The notes under the pieces were generated by a model. That model did no database searches. It was not told the DNA's origin and saw only the letters and a program-made list of their open reading frames with translations. Source: Chrysomallon squamiferum (taxonomy: Eukaryota; Animalia; Mollusca). From it: a stretch of DNA of 64,000 nucleotides. Where the stretch lies: the NCBI GenBank assembly GCA_012295275.1, contig CM022670.1, positions 32,116,001 through 32,180,000 of the forward strand, in the 5' to 3' direction. How positions within the stretch are numbered: the stretch's first letter is position 1; every line of letters begins with the position of its first letter. The translations under genes were made by a program, and so were the position numbers. Of the stretch, positions 43,701 through 56,528 are shown one piece after another.

Positions 43701-46700
43701 AATAAAATGTGTCAAGAACAAAATGAAGGGTTACACCATTAATCATTTTCCATCATTAGTTAAAACATTTAAACCAATGAATCAATATTTCTGTAAAATG
43801 TAAGTTTAAAATATTAATATTAATCTATTAATCCATTATTTATACAATCAGGTGACACATGTTTACAGAAATTATCAAAATCAATATCACTGAAACGTTT
43901 ATCAAAAATAAACTTGTGTTAATATTTCTGTGAAAGGGACATTCAGGAAAGAAGAAGTTTTAGAAGCTATGCTTTTTAGACCACTAAATATTACATAAGA
44001 AATAAAAATAACCATAATGTGAATACATTTCGAGCTAATGTAAATGAACTAAAGAGGATCTGTAAAATTGAAAGCATATGGCAAGAATGGTCAACATTTA
44101 TGAATGAAGCTTCCTCAGAAATGATTAGGAATATCTTCAGCTGAGAAAATAATCATTCAGTGCATTCCTGTACTGACAAAAAAAAAAAGAATCAAGAAAA
44201 AAGTGAACTCTAGCTGTTAGTTGACACTGCCATGTTTCCAGACTTCCTCATCTGTGAAATATAAAACCTCCCAGTTCAAAGTCAGCAGGCTTCTCCATCT
44301 TAACACAAAACACCTTTACCAGATCATCTACTTCTGCATGCTAAACTGCTGAGCTGACTGAACCTCTCATCCTCTCAGCATCCTCCAATATTTCAACTCC
44401 AGTACAAAAACATACATACTAATTTATAAAATATTAATTTTAAATACATATAGACACACAGGCACACACAAATACTTTAAAAGTCATTTAATTAAAATCA
44501 AAAACAGATGTACACATCACTTATTTATAGAAATATGTATCATTACATGTATGTGTGTGTGTGTGTGTGTTTTGAGAGAGAGAGAGAGAGAGTAACAAAC
44601 ACACACAGTTATATCACATATAATACTAAGCAAATGTTTACAACATACACTGCAACAGAAAGCAAAAATAATTTTAAAATTGCTTAGATAAAATTGCATC
44701 AGAACACCATCATAAAATATATAAATTAAAAAAATCAATTTATAGTAACTAACCTTTAGCAAATAGAGCATTTTAGATGTAATTGCCTTTTGGTTTGAAT
44801 CACCTCTTTTTATTTTTGCTAATTATGTATCATTTAAGGCTAAGGGTTATTTTTTTCAAATTAGATATAGATTTACTACTTTATTTAGTTATTTATTTAC
44901 ATAAATTAATTAAATTTCACAGAGAAAGATGTTTTTACTTGTCTTCTTTCTACCAGTACATATACTTACTGATGAAAAGTATGGGTTTATAGACCGATAC
45001 ATATACAAAAAGGACATGCACAGACACACAGAAATAATCTTCATTTTTACTGTAATTTTATTAGAATATAAAATCTTTTTATTAAATGCCAATCTTTATG
45101 TTAATTTTGACACACATAATGTGACATATACTGTTTTAAAAATTACTGCTGGCGAAATTTCAAAATTTTTATTTAATGTTATACATATCAATAACAATTA
45201 CATGAATCAAAAAGTTTTTAAAATTTCAGTCTTTTTCACACCAATTCACAAAGCAGTACTAAACATTCACTCAAACACACACATTCACAAATACGCTATC
45301 ACAGAAACACATGAACACACACACACACACACACATGCGTTCTATCACAGCACTGTGTTCCCACACTTGTGCACTCAGGTACAGCTAGTGTAATATAATG
45401 AAGGTGGAGCTGAAAATCTCAGTGGATTTCTATTATCTACAGGCGACAGTTGCACAACAGCCAGATTAACATGAGACTTGCTGCTATCTGAAGGAAGTTG
45501 TTCAACATATGATCACTTACTTCTGTTGAGAGCTGATAACTGCAAAGTAACTCTGTAACAAAATTCATGTCAGTATATTGTTTCAATGAAGACTTTAGCG
45601 TTCAAGATAACATTATTTTTCAGTCCAAACTGAATATCCTGTCCAGAAAACTGATATGTTATTAATTTAATGTCATGTCACAAAATAAAAAGAAGACACA
45701 TTTAATAATGTGTTATATATATATATTTTTAGATGTACATTAAAAATGCAGGAGATATTAAAATTTAAATGCAAATAGTCAATAGTTAATGTCACTTAAT
45801 GTATGTGTTGAGTTGTTATTTATCATCTTTTTATGATTCTGTAAGGTATGATATTAAAATTTAATTTAACACACCCATATAGTTTTTTATTTTGTCATAG
45901 ACATCAGTTATTTGTTAAAAATTTCATACAGGTGTAGTGGACAATATTTCCATTATAGCTATTTTTTTATAATATTTGATATAACAATGTTCTGTACTTA
46001 GAAGCCCATAGCTTATGTGAAACAATTATTTTATATTCTTGATGTATATTATTTTAAACAAAATATAGAACCTAAACACAAATATCAAGATTCATAGCAT
46101 TAAACATATACGAGTAAAATAGCTGACCAGTGTTTCAGTTTTGTATAGAAGTACACCAAAATTAAAAACCATTTCTAATAAAATTGTGTTACTTTTCTGT
46201 AAAATGTTAATTAGAATATACATGATAATGCAATTTGAATTCCATAATTTCAACTTTTTAAGAGAATACATAAGAATTATAAATAGAAACATGCACCTTT
46301 TTATCTTTAAAGGTTTTTATGCACAATAAATAAAAGTGAAAATATTTGAAGAATAAATCGTTACTCTGACATTTGGTTTTCTTTCAAAACAAGTGTTTAT
46401 GACCGCTTTGCTCCACTTCAGTCAGATTAATTTTTTTTTTGAAGTGTGATCCCTGAATCTAGCCTTCTTTTTAACCTCCTGGGTGTTTTGATGAATTACA
46501 AATGTAGGTAGATTAGGTAATTGATCTTGCTAAACGACTGTCTGCAATAAAGTGCAGACAAGGGTATAAAATTCAAGTGTGCATGCACTCAACCTGGGAT
46601 TAACTCAGTGGAAATAGGAGAATAACAGAAAAAATACAACCTTAAAAGTTAAAAGTAAAAAAATATGTATGATATATGAGTTAGATAAGAGTTTAAAGGG

Positions 46701-47429
46701 GAAGTGAGATAATTAAAGGAAAAGCTGGTAATTTACTACTTGCTGTTAATTTACTAGCAGACATTTACACAAAAGAAGAAACCTGTATCTGTTAATGCCA
46801 GGAGCTATTGCCTTCAATATTACTGTGTGCAAGATGCTGGTAAAATGTTCATGTTTGACATTGCAATTACAGCACAATGGCTGGATTATAATTTAATGAG
46901 ATAGTCTTATAAAACTTCAAATGTAAAAGTAAAGGATACATTTTTTTATCAGATGAAATAAGTAAATATTACTCATTATAATTTCTTTTAACTCAAAAAC
47001 ATGTAAAAGAAGAATTTAAACCAGATTCAAATTAACTTTCAATGCTCTTCTTGAATAAAAGTTAAACTGTATTTAATTTACTTTTTATTAAACTGGATTT
47101 TATTTGCTTTTTATTAAACTGTGGTTTTGTTTTGGTGAAATACCGTTAAAAAGTAAGGTTGACAAAACCCCATAAAATAGTATTGAGTTTGTGATTGATT
47201 ATACAATTGAGGCAACTGAAGAATGAAAGATGATTATCAATGATACCTCAAACTGTTTTAATGCCAACATTTATTAGGTGTCAACTATGTCTTTGTACAA
47301 TACTGACATGATGATATAACAGAAAAAAATAAATATATTATAGCCAGTTGGAGAGCTCTTATTTTAGCTTTATTTTATATACAGATCTGTACCTTAGGAT
47401 GTTACAAAACACAGCCTTGAACAAATCAC

Positions 47430-48170
47430 AGAACACTGTTAGAATGGGAAAGAGAAATGGTTCTCTGGGTGCAGTAAGACTGAAACTGGATAATTAGTAC
47501 AGCAGAGTAAAGGACTGGATTTGTTTAAACAGTTTGAATGTGTCAGAAATGCAAATGTGAATTTTGTTCTGCAATGTCTGCATTGGTTATTGTTTTACAA
47601 ATGTTGATTTAAGTACAGATGTACTTCTTCAATGATCAGACATTTTCAGAGACCTGCAATTCTAAAGTAAAAAAATTCTTTCTACATTAGTAAATAGATA
47701 TAGCTATGAAAGACACTGAAAAAACAGTTACGTCAATGTCATATTACTTTACTGTGGACATAGTTATACCACAAATTTGGAAAAAGTATTCATCAACCCC
47801 TATTATGAAAGGTAATGGAAATGTACATAAAAAACAGATTTGTAGCAACTAATCTGGTGAAAATTATGAAAACTACAAGTCTGCCAGATTAGCAAAATTT
47901 CCATCAGATGAAGAGGCTTTCCAGCAAGAGTGTTGAATGAAGCAGAAAATTAAAGATCCTCAAATGACCAAGATGGTGAGGGTGATAAAAATATCACGTT
48001 TTGAAAGTTATCAGCAGCAGCTGATTACAAGATACATATCTCCATGTGTACAGCATGCAGATAAAAAATAAAAAATACAAGTGGCTACTCCTTGCCTGCA
48101 GACATAAATATAAGAAGTGCATAGTCTGATCTTTCAAGTCAACAACATGCATATTAAGGCCATTGATAAC
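47430..48170 (+). pseudogene. Decayed intronless IAP-like (BIR + C-terminal RING) coding relic
   Basis: One frame gives RTGFV*TV*MCQKCKCEFC (47511-47567), DQTFSETC (47634-47657) and NYENYKSARLAKF. Across frameshifts it continues CTACR*...LLLACRHKYKKCIV*SFKSTTCILR (48047-48159). Many stops. Confidence 0.5.
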
Positions 48171-51100
48171 ACACACAATAAACAACTACTTAGCATATTA
48201 CATAAACAAGAAACAAATATTTTTAAATACAGGACTTGTACAGCCAGTAATTAAGAAAATGTAAGTAAATAATTACATACAACAAAACAATAAAAAAATT
48301 ATTTTTTTAAATTTGTTCTTTTATTGGTTAAAGTAATTTTCTTAGTTTCTGAATTTTTGCTATGGTTGTTCATGTGTGTATGTGTGAGGGGAGATATAAA
48401 ACTTTATAAAACTGAAGTTAACATTTGTGATTTATTTTATCTTAATTTATGCTCAGAGGTAAGGTCTGGAGAAGCTTGCTATATTTGTATTTACAACAAA
48501 TGAATTTAATGAACAAATCTCAAGTAAATACCATGTACTAGTATACTGGAATTTACGACTTTTACTCACTTTAACTGAATTTATCAGTATTGCTGTATAT
48601 CAACTTCAAAAAAACTAACCAATAAATTTAATACTAAAAATGGCCTCAGAGCAATACGATGACAAACTGAATTTACACTTAAGTGCGGCCTAAGTATATG
48701 AACTGAATTTACACTAACTGGCACAGACCATCTGATAGGGAAATCTGGCTACTGTCTGTCTTTGATTAGAACTCTGGAAGAGCAAGTATCCAGAGATTTG
48801 AGGGGTGATGTGGTGAACTTTCTACTGCCTCCAGGCATCTGTGTCATAATTAAAATGGAAATTTGGTTTGCCAAAAATTATTACAAACAGCTGGAGATGT
48901 GAGAAATTGTGGCAGTAATTTGCGAAAATATTATCTTAACACAAAACAATTAGATCCAATTACTGAAATGTTTAGCCGGTTAAACAGTAACAATACAATT
49001 CACCAAGTGCATTATCTGATAATATATTTGTATTAATAATTATAATAATAATTTTAAAAACTCATTATACTATAGATATAAACATTACCAAGCATATAAC
49101 ATCACATTTAATGTACTAAAATAAATTACAAATTTTACTGACCAAACTATATAAAAGACAACATTATTTCTATTTCCAGGTTTCTGATCTAATCTGATCT
49201 TCAATACAGTTAATTACAATATTTTTTCAAAATTAAAATAGTATGGCATGACAAGAGTGTGATGTAAGGGAAATAACTGCTGTTAGAATAATAGAGGCAG
49301 AACAAATTTGTGGAGACTCAAGCTATGTAAGCTTTTAACACTTGTTACGAAGAAGAATGAACAAGAAATATTACAAGTAAATCAGTTATTGAAACTACAG
49401 CTGAATATTTTTTTATATAAAGAACATCCTACAATTAAAGTAAATCTGTGAATACATCATTCTTAAATATAAATTTCTTTATTTTTGTATTTATTAATTC
49501 ATATAAAAATGGACATGTTCTCACTCCTGCCAAAATTTACTGATATTAAAAAGGTGTATCATGACCATGCAGCAAAAAATAAAAAAGTTATTAATTTAAC
49601 TATCAATTTAAATGTCTAGGATAACCATATGGTGAAATGTATAGAAAGTCTTTTTACAAAAATGCAATAAAATTTAAATTAAGTAAATGTCATGTAAAGA
49701 CTGAGTGCCCATAAATCTTAAAATGAAGCCTCCATTTTGAAATATATTGGATACTAAACATGCAATCAAAACCATACACACACCATAGACTATACAAGTG
49801 CATAATTTTTTTTCAAATACGGTTTGGTGCAACAGTTTGGCTTCAATGCTTTAACTGATACAGCAAAACATTTGTAGTTTTTTTTAATTAATTTCTCCAT
49901 ATTCTCTTATTCAAGTCTCAATTTACTTGCATATACCATTCTTTTAGTTTTCTTTGGAGAACAACACTATACAGTAATCATACATTTCTTTAAAAAAATA
50001 TATATATATATTACAATTCAGTTTTAAAATATGTATACTGCCAGAGGAATAATATGCAAGAGAAGCATTTTTTTTTTTTTTTAATTATTAATACCTTTTT
50101 TATTTGTTAAGATTTATAAATCATGCTTAAATAAAACATTTCAATTTATGTGCATGAAAATTATTTGCTATCTCAGTTTGAACAAAATGAAAAGAAACGT
50201 AAAAAGAAAAAAATATGATTAAAACAATCAGTACTCTGTTTCTGGAGGAAATTATTATTAAACTGACTGTTACTCATCACATATAGTTGAAGACAACAAT
50301 TCAAAACCTTGTTAGAAATGTTCTTCTGATTTAAAACAAATAATGTATACAAATGATATAACTACCATAAGGATGCTTATTTTCAGCACAGTATTTTGTG
50401 TTTGAATATTGTTCCACGTTATATTTTTCAAGATGAAAGAAAATAAAATTGCAATCTTTCTTCATCAATCTAATCTTTGTTGATGAAAAAAACTTTGTAA
50501 ACAAAAACAAAATATAAAAATTTAATGTAAAGCAATGATCAAAATACGAACAGGATGACAACTAGTGAAAGATGAAATTAGCGGTAAAGACTGGTTGCCT
50601 ACTAAAGGAAATGGCAAACGAAGGTAGCTCAGTCTTTGTAGTCAATGTGCTTTTCTTAATTTTTCTCTACATGGCTTAATGTGTAATTACAGTATAAATA
50701 ATAAGCAGAGAACAAAATTATAACTTTTCAAATTTATACATTTCTAAAGTTCTGTGATAATTCAGGTTTTATGGAAACTGTATAAAAGGTCTGGTAATGT
50801 TATTTTCTGAAAATTATCTAGTACCAAGATGTGACATTACAATATAGTATATATATCTTTTTTCATAAATTAATATTTAAGAGCTGAGTTAATAATACAA
50901 AAACATTTATTATTAAAATATCTTTGTAGACTTTCAAAAAGTCAGTATACCCTATAAAAATTAATAATATAGGAACAGGAAGTTTAAAAAATAAAACTGA
51001 AGTAATAAAATAAAGGAAATGTATACACAATATGAATTACTTACAATTGATGTGCATTCCACAATAATCTGTTACTGAAAATAATTCCATGTACAATCAG

Positions 51101-53298
51101 ATTTAATTATCACGGTAAGAAAAAACCCAGTATATATTGTATTTGTGTTTTAGAATCTTCTAACTCGGCCAACAGGACAGGATATTTACAATTACTAATA
51201 ATTACTAGCCAGTTCTCACAGGAAAAGACAGTTAAAACAGTCATATTCAGAATGTGTGGGTGTAAATGCTATTAAACTTGCATGTCTGTTGTGGGTACTG
51301 TATTTGTGAATTATATTTTACTTAAAGATGTACATTTTAAATAAACAATTGGTGAACTGTAAACATTTATATTCCAAGTAAGTAACCACAAAGCTGTAAT
51401 TTGTTAAGATATATACTCCACATGAACAATCAGTCAAGTTTATAAAGATCTGTATTCTAAATAAATGATGACAGGATTATACATATTCTGAACAAACATT
51501 CAGTGAATTGAAAATAAATATAAACATATGTATTCTAAATAAACTGAACGGTAAAGATTTAATAGTTTCCATGCTTAGGATTTTAAACAATATGCTCAGA
51601 ATTATGCAGTACTTGAAATACTCTGAATGTGTGGTGTAAATAAACAATCCCTGAATGGTAAAGAAATGTATTCCAATCAAACTGCAAACACTTAATTACC
51701 AGGTTTGGAATTTTAAAACAATTATTTTCACAATAAAGCATCCCTTATAAATATCATTAAATGTAAAATCAGTGATTTGTACTGTACTATTAGTAGTAGT
51801 AGTACTAATAGCATTCATAATTTATTTATTCAGTTTAGAAATAATATTTAAAAAAAAAAATGTTTCTTTTAAAATAAATTAAAAATTACAAAACTCACAC
51901 AAATAATTTCTCTATTCAGAATTTGATCACACATATAATTATAAAACGATCATTGCAAAACTGAACATTTAACCATAAGTTCAAAAGAAAGTAAACTGTC
52001 TCTATATGAAAAAATGTTTTAAATTCAAAAAGTTTTTGTAAAGCAAGATGAATTTTTTTAATATTTAATTATCTGCTATCATAAACTTTCAACAATTTTT
52101 CCATAGATCAAAGACTTAAAATTAAGTTCTACTGAAAACATTCTGGATGTTCTTGAAAAGAAAGATTTTAATTATCTCCTACTGTCATAAACTTTCAGCT
52201 GCCACATTTCATAAAAAAAAATATATATATATATAAAAAATATGAAGAAAAATTAAAAACTATCACCTCTCTTCTGCCGTGAATTATTAAAATCAGATTT
52301 TATTTATTTGTGATTGTCAAAGTGTTTGTTATTAATATGCTGATAAATATTTTGACCAACTTTGTATTTATTGACTCATTCAACATTAGATACATGATAA
52401 TTTATTTTTAAAAATATCTAAATCTGCCATTAAAATATTCTTTCTTTCAATACTTTTACAATCTATTAAAAAAGGAATATGCCACTTGTTATAAATATCT
52501 TTTTTATCTGAAGTAAATATTTAATGTACTTATTTATTATACAAATTAATATTACAGTTAAACTAATTTTCAAAACATTTATTCTTTAATTTTATTTTGT
52601 CAGAAGAAATTTGTATTTAAAATTAATCTGAATAATTATTTTCTTTACTACTCAAGTTTCAACAAATCAATGGCCTCTTTAATTTGTAAATAAAAATATA
52701 TCATAATGGAAAAACTGAACATTTCAAAGGACTAGAACATTAAACTATTCTATTTGTAAAATGAACCATATAAGTAAAAATGTGATGACAGAATTGGAAA
52801 TGTTGCAAATCTATCAATTTAATATTTGATGCAAATATATGTAAAACTTGATAAATATATTTCTTTAAACACTTTTACAAATTTTATTTTATTTTTTGAA
52901 TGTCTTTATTAGAGGTTCTGTAATATATTTATTAATTACTTTTTTACAACATTAAAACAATATGTAACACTTTTTACTATAAAAAAAAAAAAAAAATAAA
53001 AAAAAACTTTAATCTTAAAGAGCCAACAAAAACACACATGCTAAAATACATCAAAAAACAAACTGCAAATTTATACACCAAAATTTCATAAAACAGTTTT
53101 TTAATAAATGTAAATTATTTAATGTTTTCTACCCTTGGTATAGAATATACAAAAATATATTACATCTACATCAAATTAAAATGAAATTAATATCTTACTT
53201 TTGACACCAAAATTAAAAAAAATTGCATGTTAATTAGATGATTACACAATAGATATGTAACAGTTTAAATTAAAATGTTATATAATGAAGTAATGAAA

Positions 53299-53302
<4 letters not shown>

Positions 53303-53334
<32 letters not shown>
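53303..53334. repeat. (TA)n microsatellite
   Basis: Directly visible. Confidence 0.96.
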
Positions 53335-53340
<6 letters not shown>

Positions 53341-53758
53341 ACATACACACACACAAAATATTGAATAATAAATTGTTCAAATAGCTGAATAATTTTAATT
53401 TGAAGATTTTTAAAATAATTTGTTTTGATTTACATACAACTCAACCTTAATGTTTGAATGTGACATCTTAATATAAACAATAAAAAATAATGTTTCTTTC
53501 AATTTATAAAGAGTAATCAGGTTTTGTTTTAATGTTGGTTTATTTATTTTATTTTTATTATTATTTTTTTTTTTTTTTAACTGCTTGCTTTTGTTGTTGT
53601 TTAGTCCTTTTTATTAAAAGAAATAATTTATCAGTATTAATTATTTTATCAGATACAAAAATCTTAATAAATACAATTGGTTCTACAATCATTATACATA
53701 CTATAGATACACCATTATTTATTTTAAATATACATACTTTAGAAATTTGACTATATGA

Positions 53759-53803
<45 letters not shown>

Positions 53804-53823
53804 TATTATTATTATTATTATTA
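53759..53823. repeat. (AAT)n directly abutting (ATT)n, forming a palindromic microsatellite
   Basis: Directly visible inversion point near 53801. Confidence 0.95.
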
Positions 53824-54385
53824 GTTTTTCTTTATTATAATTATTATTTATTCATTTGTAAAATAAAATGAAACTCTAAAATAATATTTATTAAGAGTAA
53901 CAACTAATTAAGCACTATATGCGAAGTGCACAAAGACCTTTGTTTAAAATGCATTCTAGGAAAAAAAAAAAAAAAAAAAAAAAAAGCTGCGATAACCAAA
54001 ACAAAAAAGGGAAAATTCCCGCCTAAAAGTGTCCTAACTGAATATCCATTCAAAGAAACGGGGGGAAAAATATCGATTTTTATCTTTTTTTAGCACTGCA
54101 TGGTAACTTTGCTGTAAAACGTTCTATAAAGATGACGATTTTTTAAAAACAAATGTAATTGTATTTTATGTTTAAAAACACGCTTATAAAATTATTTTAT
54201 CTGCAAATAAAAGTAGCACCATATATGGAAATCAAGTTTCACACAGAAGTCTGAGACAAAGATACGAAACAGCTGGCCAGTATTTTTTCATTATTGATAA
54301 CAAGGTGAACGCAAATAAACCTCCATTAAATCTATTTTTTAGTGCAATATATCTAATTAGTAAAAATATACGTAGCTAATTTTAC

Positions 54386-54468
54386 CGTTTGATGCTTCTG
54401 GAGGTATCCGTTAATAGTACTTCCTTGATAATCTGGAGAAACGGACTGTTGCTTTCTTCCCCGGGCAA
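54386..54468 (-). other. Candidate exon of an unidentified minus-strand transcript; could instead be the 3' part of a longer first exon reaching ~54800
   Basis: Donor ACG|gtaaaa at 54386/54385. Possible acceptor attgttcgcag with a gctgac branch motif upstream; alternative acceptor tttctccag at 54435-54433. Composition drops sharply to AT-rich intron-like sequence past the donor. Confidence 0.55.
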
Positions 54469-55039
54469 CTGCGAACAATGCTCATTGTCAGCATGCGCAG
54501 CACGTGCGATTCATTCGCACGCGCACTGTTCCACTGCATCCCTTGCACATTGTTAATCCAGAAACGAAGAAATGCACACAAAAGCTCCGTATGTCGTACA
54601 GACATTTTTCAATGAATGAAATTAACAATATTTTCATTAATTTTGTTGGAGTAAACCCCTTACATTTACCGAAGTTGATAAAATTCCGATGCACAAACTT
54701 TTTTCTTTCTTTTGTACGGGACGTATCAAACCTTAGCATAAACAATAAAGACGAGTCGAAGGTTCTTTCATCAATACGCATAACGAAAATTAATTTAAAA
54801 CATGTTATATAATCGCTTATAGATGAATACGCGTTTAGTCTGACATATTTCCATTAATTAAATTATCGTTTTTATTTTAATACGTCAGTACCTCTATCAG
54901 CATAATAAATGGTAAAAATCGGAAATATATGATATAAGCAGACCTTTCTTTAGTATTTTCGAGATCCTTTTAAGTCCTTCAGAAATAAACAGGAAGTAAA
55001 CTCCCACGCAATACTCGCATAGGTAAAACGATTATTTAC

Positions 55040-55111
55040 CTGTCCCACGTGCCAAAGTGACAATGAATGACTGTGTAGTAAAAGTTGTAGTAAAGTGGAA
55101 CAAAGGCGGAT
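55040..55111 (-). other. Candidate 72-nt exon of the minus-strand transcript
   Basis: Acceptor tttttgtcgctatttttag and donor CAG|gtaaat; no stop codon in any of the three frames. Confidence 0.45.
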
Positions 55112-55199
55112 CTAAAAATAGCGACAAAAACCCGCTCTCGCTCTTCGTTTGTCCTCCCTATGAAAAACACTTGCTAAATTTTCATTGGTTCTTGTTTCA

Positions 55200-55320
55200 A
55201 AGGAAGTAACATATAATCTCTATAGGAAGTTGCCTTGTGACACGTTAGCAGTAGGAATCCGGTGCAGTTACAAACTGCAAATTGTTTTGTGTTTTGTTTA
55301 TTGCTGAAAATCTCGTGAAG
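55200..55320 (+). other. OST4: Probable non-coding exon 1 of OST4 (5' end approximate)
   Basis: Lies in the CpG-retaining region and has no ATG. Ends in a GAAG|gtatga donor at 55320/55321. Splicing to 58280 gives GAAG-ATG with A at -3. Confidence 0.7.
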
Positions 55321-56528
55321 GTATGATAACAAATAAGAATATAGATATATTTTGTACAGTGTCAAATATACAATTTATAATTAGCAGAAATAGTCAATGA
55401 CATCAATCACTCAGATTCACTGTCGACAGTGTCGTGCCTGCAGCCTTCTTCAAGTTCTAGTTCTCATATAACAGTAGTACTAACTAGATCAATTAGTTGT
55501 TGTACAAATTGTAGTAGTACAACTTCATAATTATGATTTAATATTATGTGATTCACTTCAATATTTCTATCTCCTTTATTTTTGAATTTTATCACAATTT
55601 ATCACTATATTACATTATTAGTATATACTAATATAGTTATATACTTATATAGTATATTATTAATCATCATCATCATTATCGTTATTAGTGCAAATGTAGT
55701 AAAACTAAAAGAGTGAATAAAATAAATCTTACTGCAATTTACATAATACATCCATACCACTCAATTCGACAATTGTGTCTACGTTTGTGACATTTGAACT
55801 TCATCATTAATGGTTATATAACCTTGAAAGAACTTCCTTCATATTTCTTATATAGTTATTGTGGAGTTATTACTGTTAAACCTCATTATAACACTGCACT
55901 TGAATGTTTGGTGTTATAATAAGTTCGATGAAAGAGTTTTCTGAGATTATGAATTACTACATAGATCAAACCTCAAACCCAAATTATGCCAAGTTACAGT
56001 TGCTTTTATTTTTATAAGTTGATAAGCTTCTAAGTCAGTATCATACTAATTTTACAAAAGGGAGGTAAAAGCTGTATTTTTATCATTCGTCTTTTCAAAG
56101 TACAAATACTGTGTGGTTAGAAAATTGCAACAATCTGGTAATGAGAAAGGTACAGATTTCAAATCATTTTACAAAAGTGCCATGCCAGGTTGATTTCCAG
56201 TGAAGTTTGTTTCACTAGATAGAACAATATTTTTATTCATGAAATCTGACACAAAATGAGATTTTGTTTGCTTGATAATTTATATAGAACTGGTGTCTGT
56301 CTACAGTTTATTGGGCAATTTTTATGATGTATTGCTAGAAACAGTAGAAGAATGCAGATAGAGGGGGAGTTAAAATGAACTAAATTTATGTCCACATTAT
56401 ACATACAAAAGTTTTTTTTTACCTTGTTGCCTTTGCTAAGATACTGGACCAGAAATGGTTAACAAAATCATTTTCAGATCTTCCATTGAAAATATAGTTT
56501 GTTTCCAAGTTACAGCTAACATACTTAC

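Larger units (their letters stand above)
36..54385 (-). other. Putative giant intron (>54 kb) of the unidentified minus-strand transcript
   Basis: No credible ORF. CpG-depleted throughout. By eye the + strand has an A>T excess (T-rich on -), like the CSE1L introns and opposite to the OST4 introns. Bounded by a donor at 54385 and an acceptor at 36. Small internal exons cannot be excluded. Confidence 0.5.
53920..55450. promoter_or_regulatory. CpG-retaining bidirectional promoter region (OST4 rightwards, unidentified transcript leftwards)
   Basis: Clear local excess of CG dinucleotides against a CpG-depleted window. ETS-like GGAAGT at ~54992, ~55202 and ~55225; CACGTG at 55046-55051; inverted CCAAT at ~55184. 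Splice donors point outwards on both strands. Confidence 0.75.

Noticed and set aside
44929-45393. Longest ORF in the track (154 aa)
   Set aside because: AT-rich codons plus a (CA)n tract; no motif or exon boundaries.
54440-54560. Ornithine decarboxylase antizyme frameshift site
   Set aside because: TGC-TGA rather than TCC-TGA, and no antizyme-like sequence in either frame; kept only as a low-scoring recoding hypothesis.
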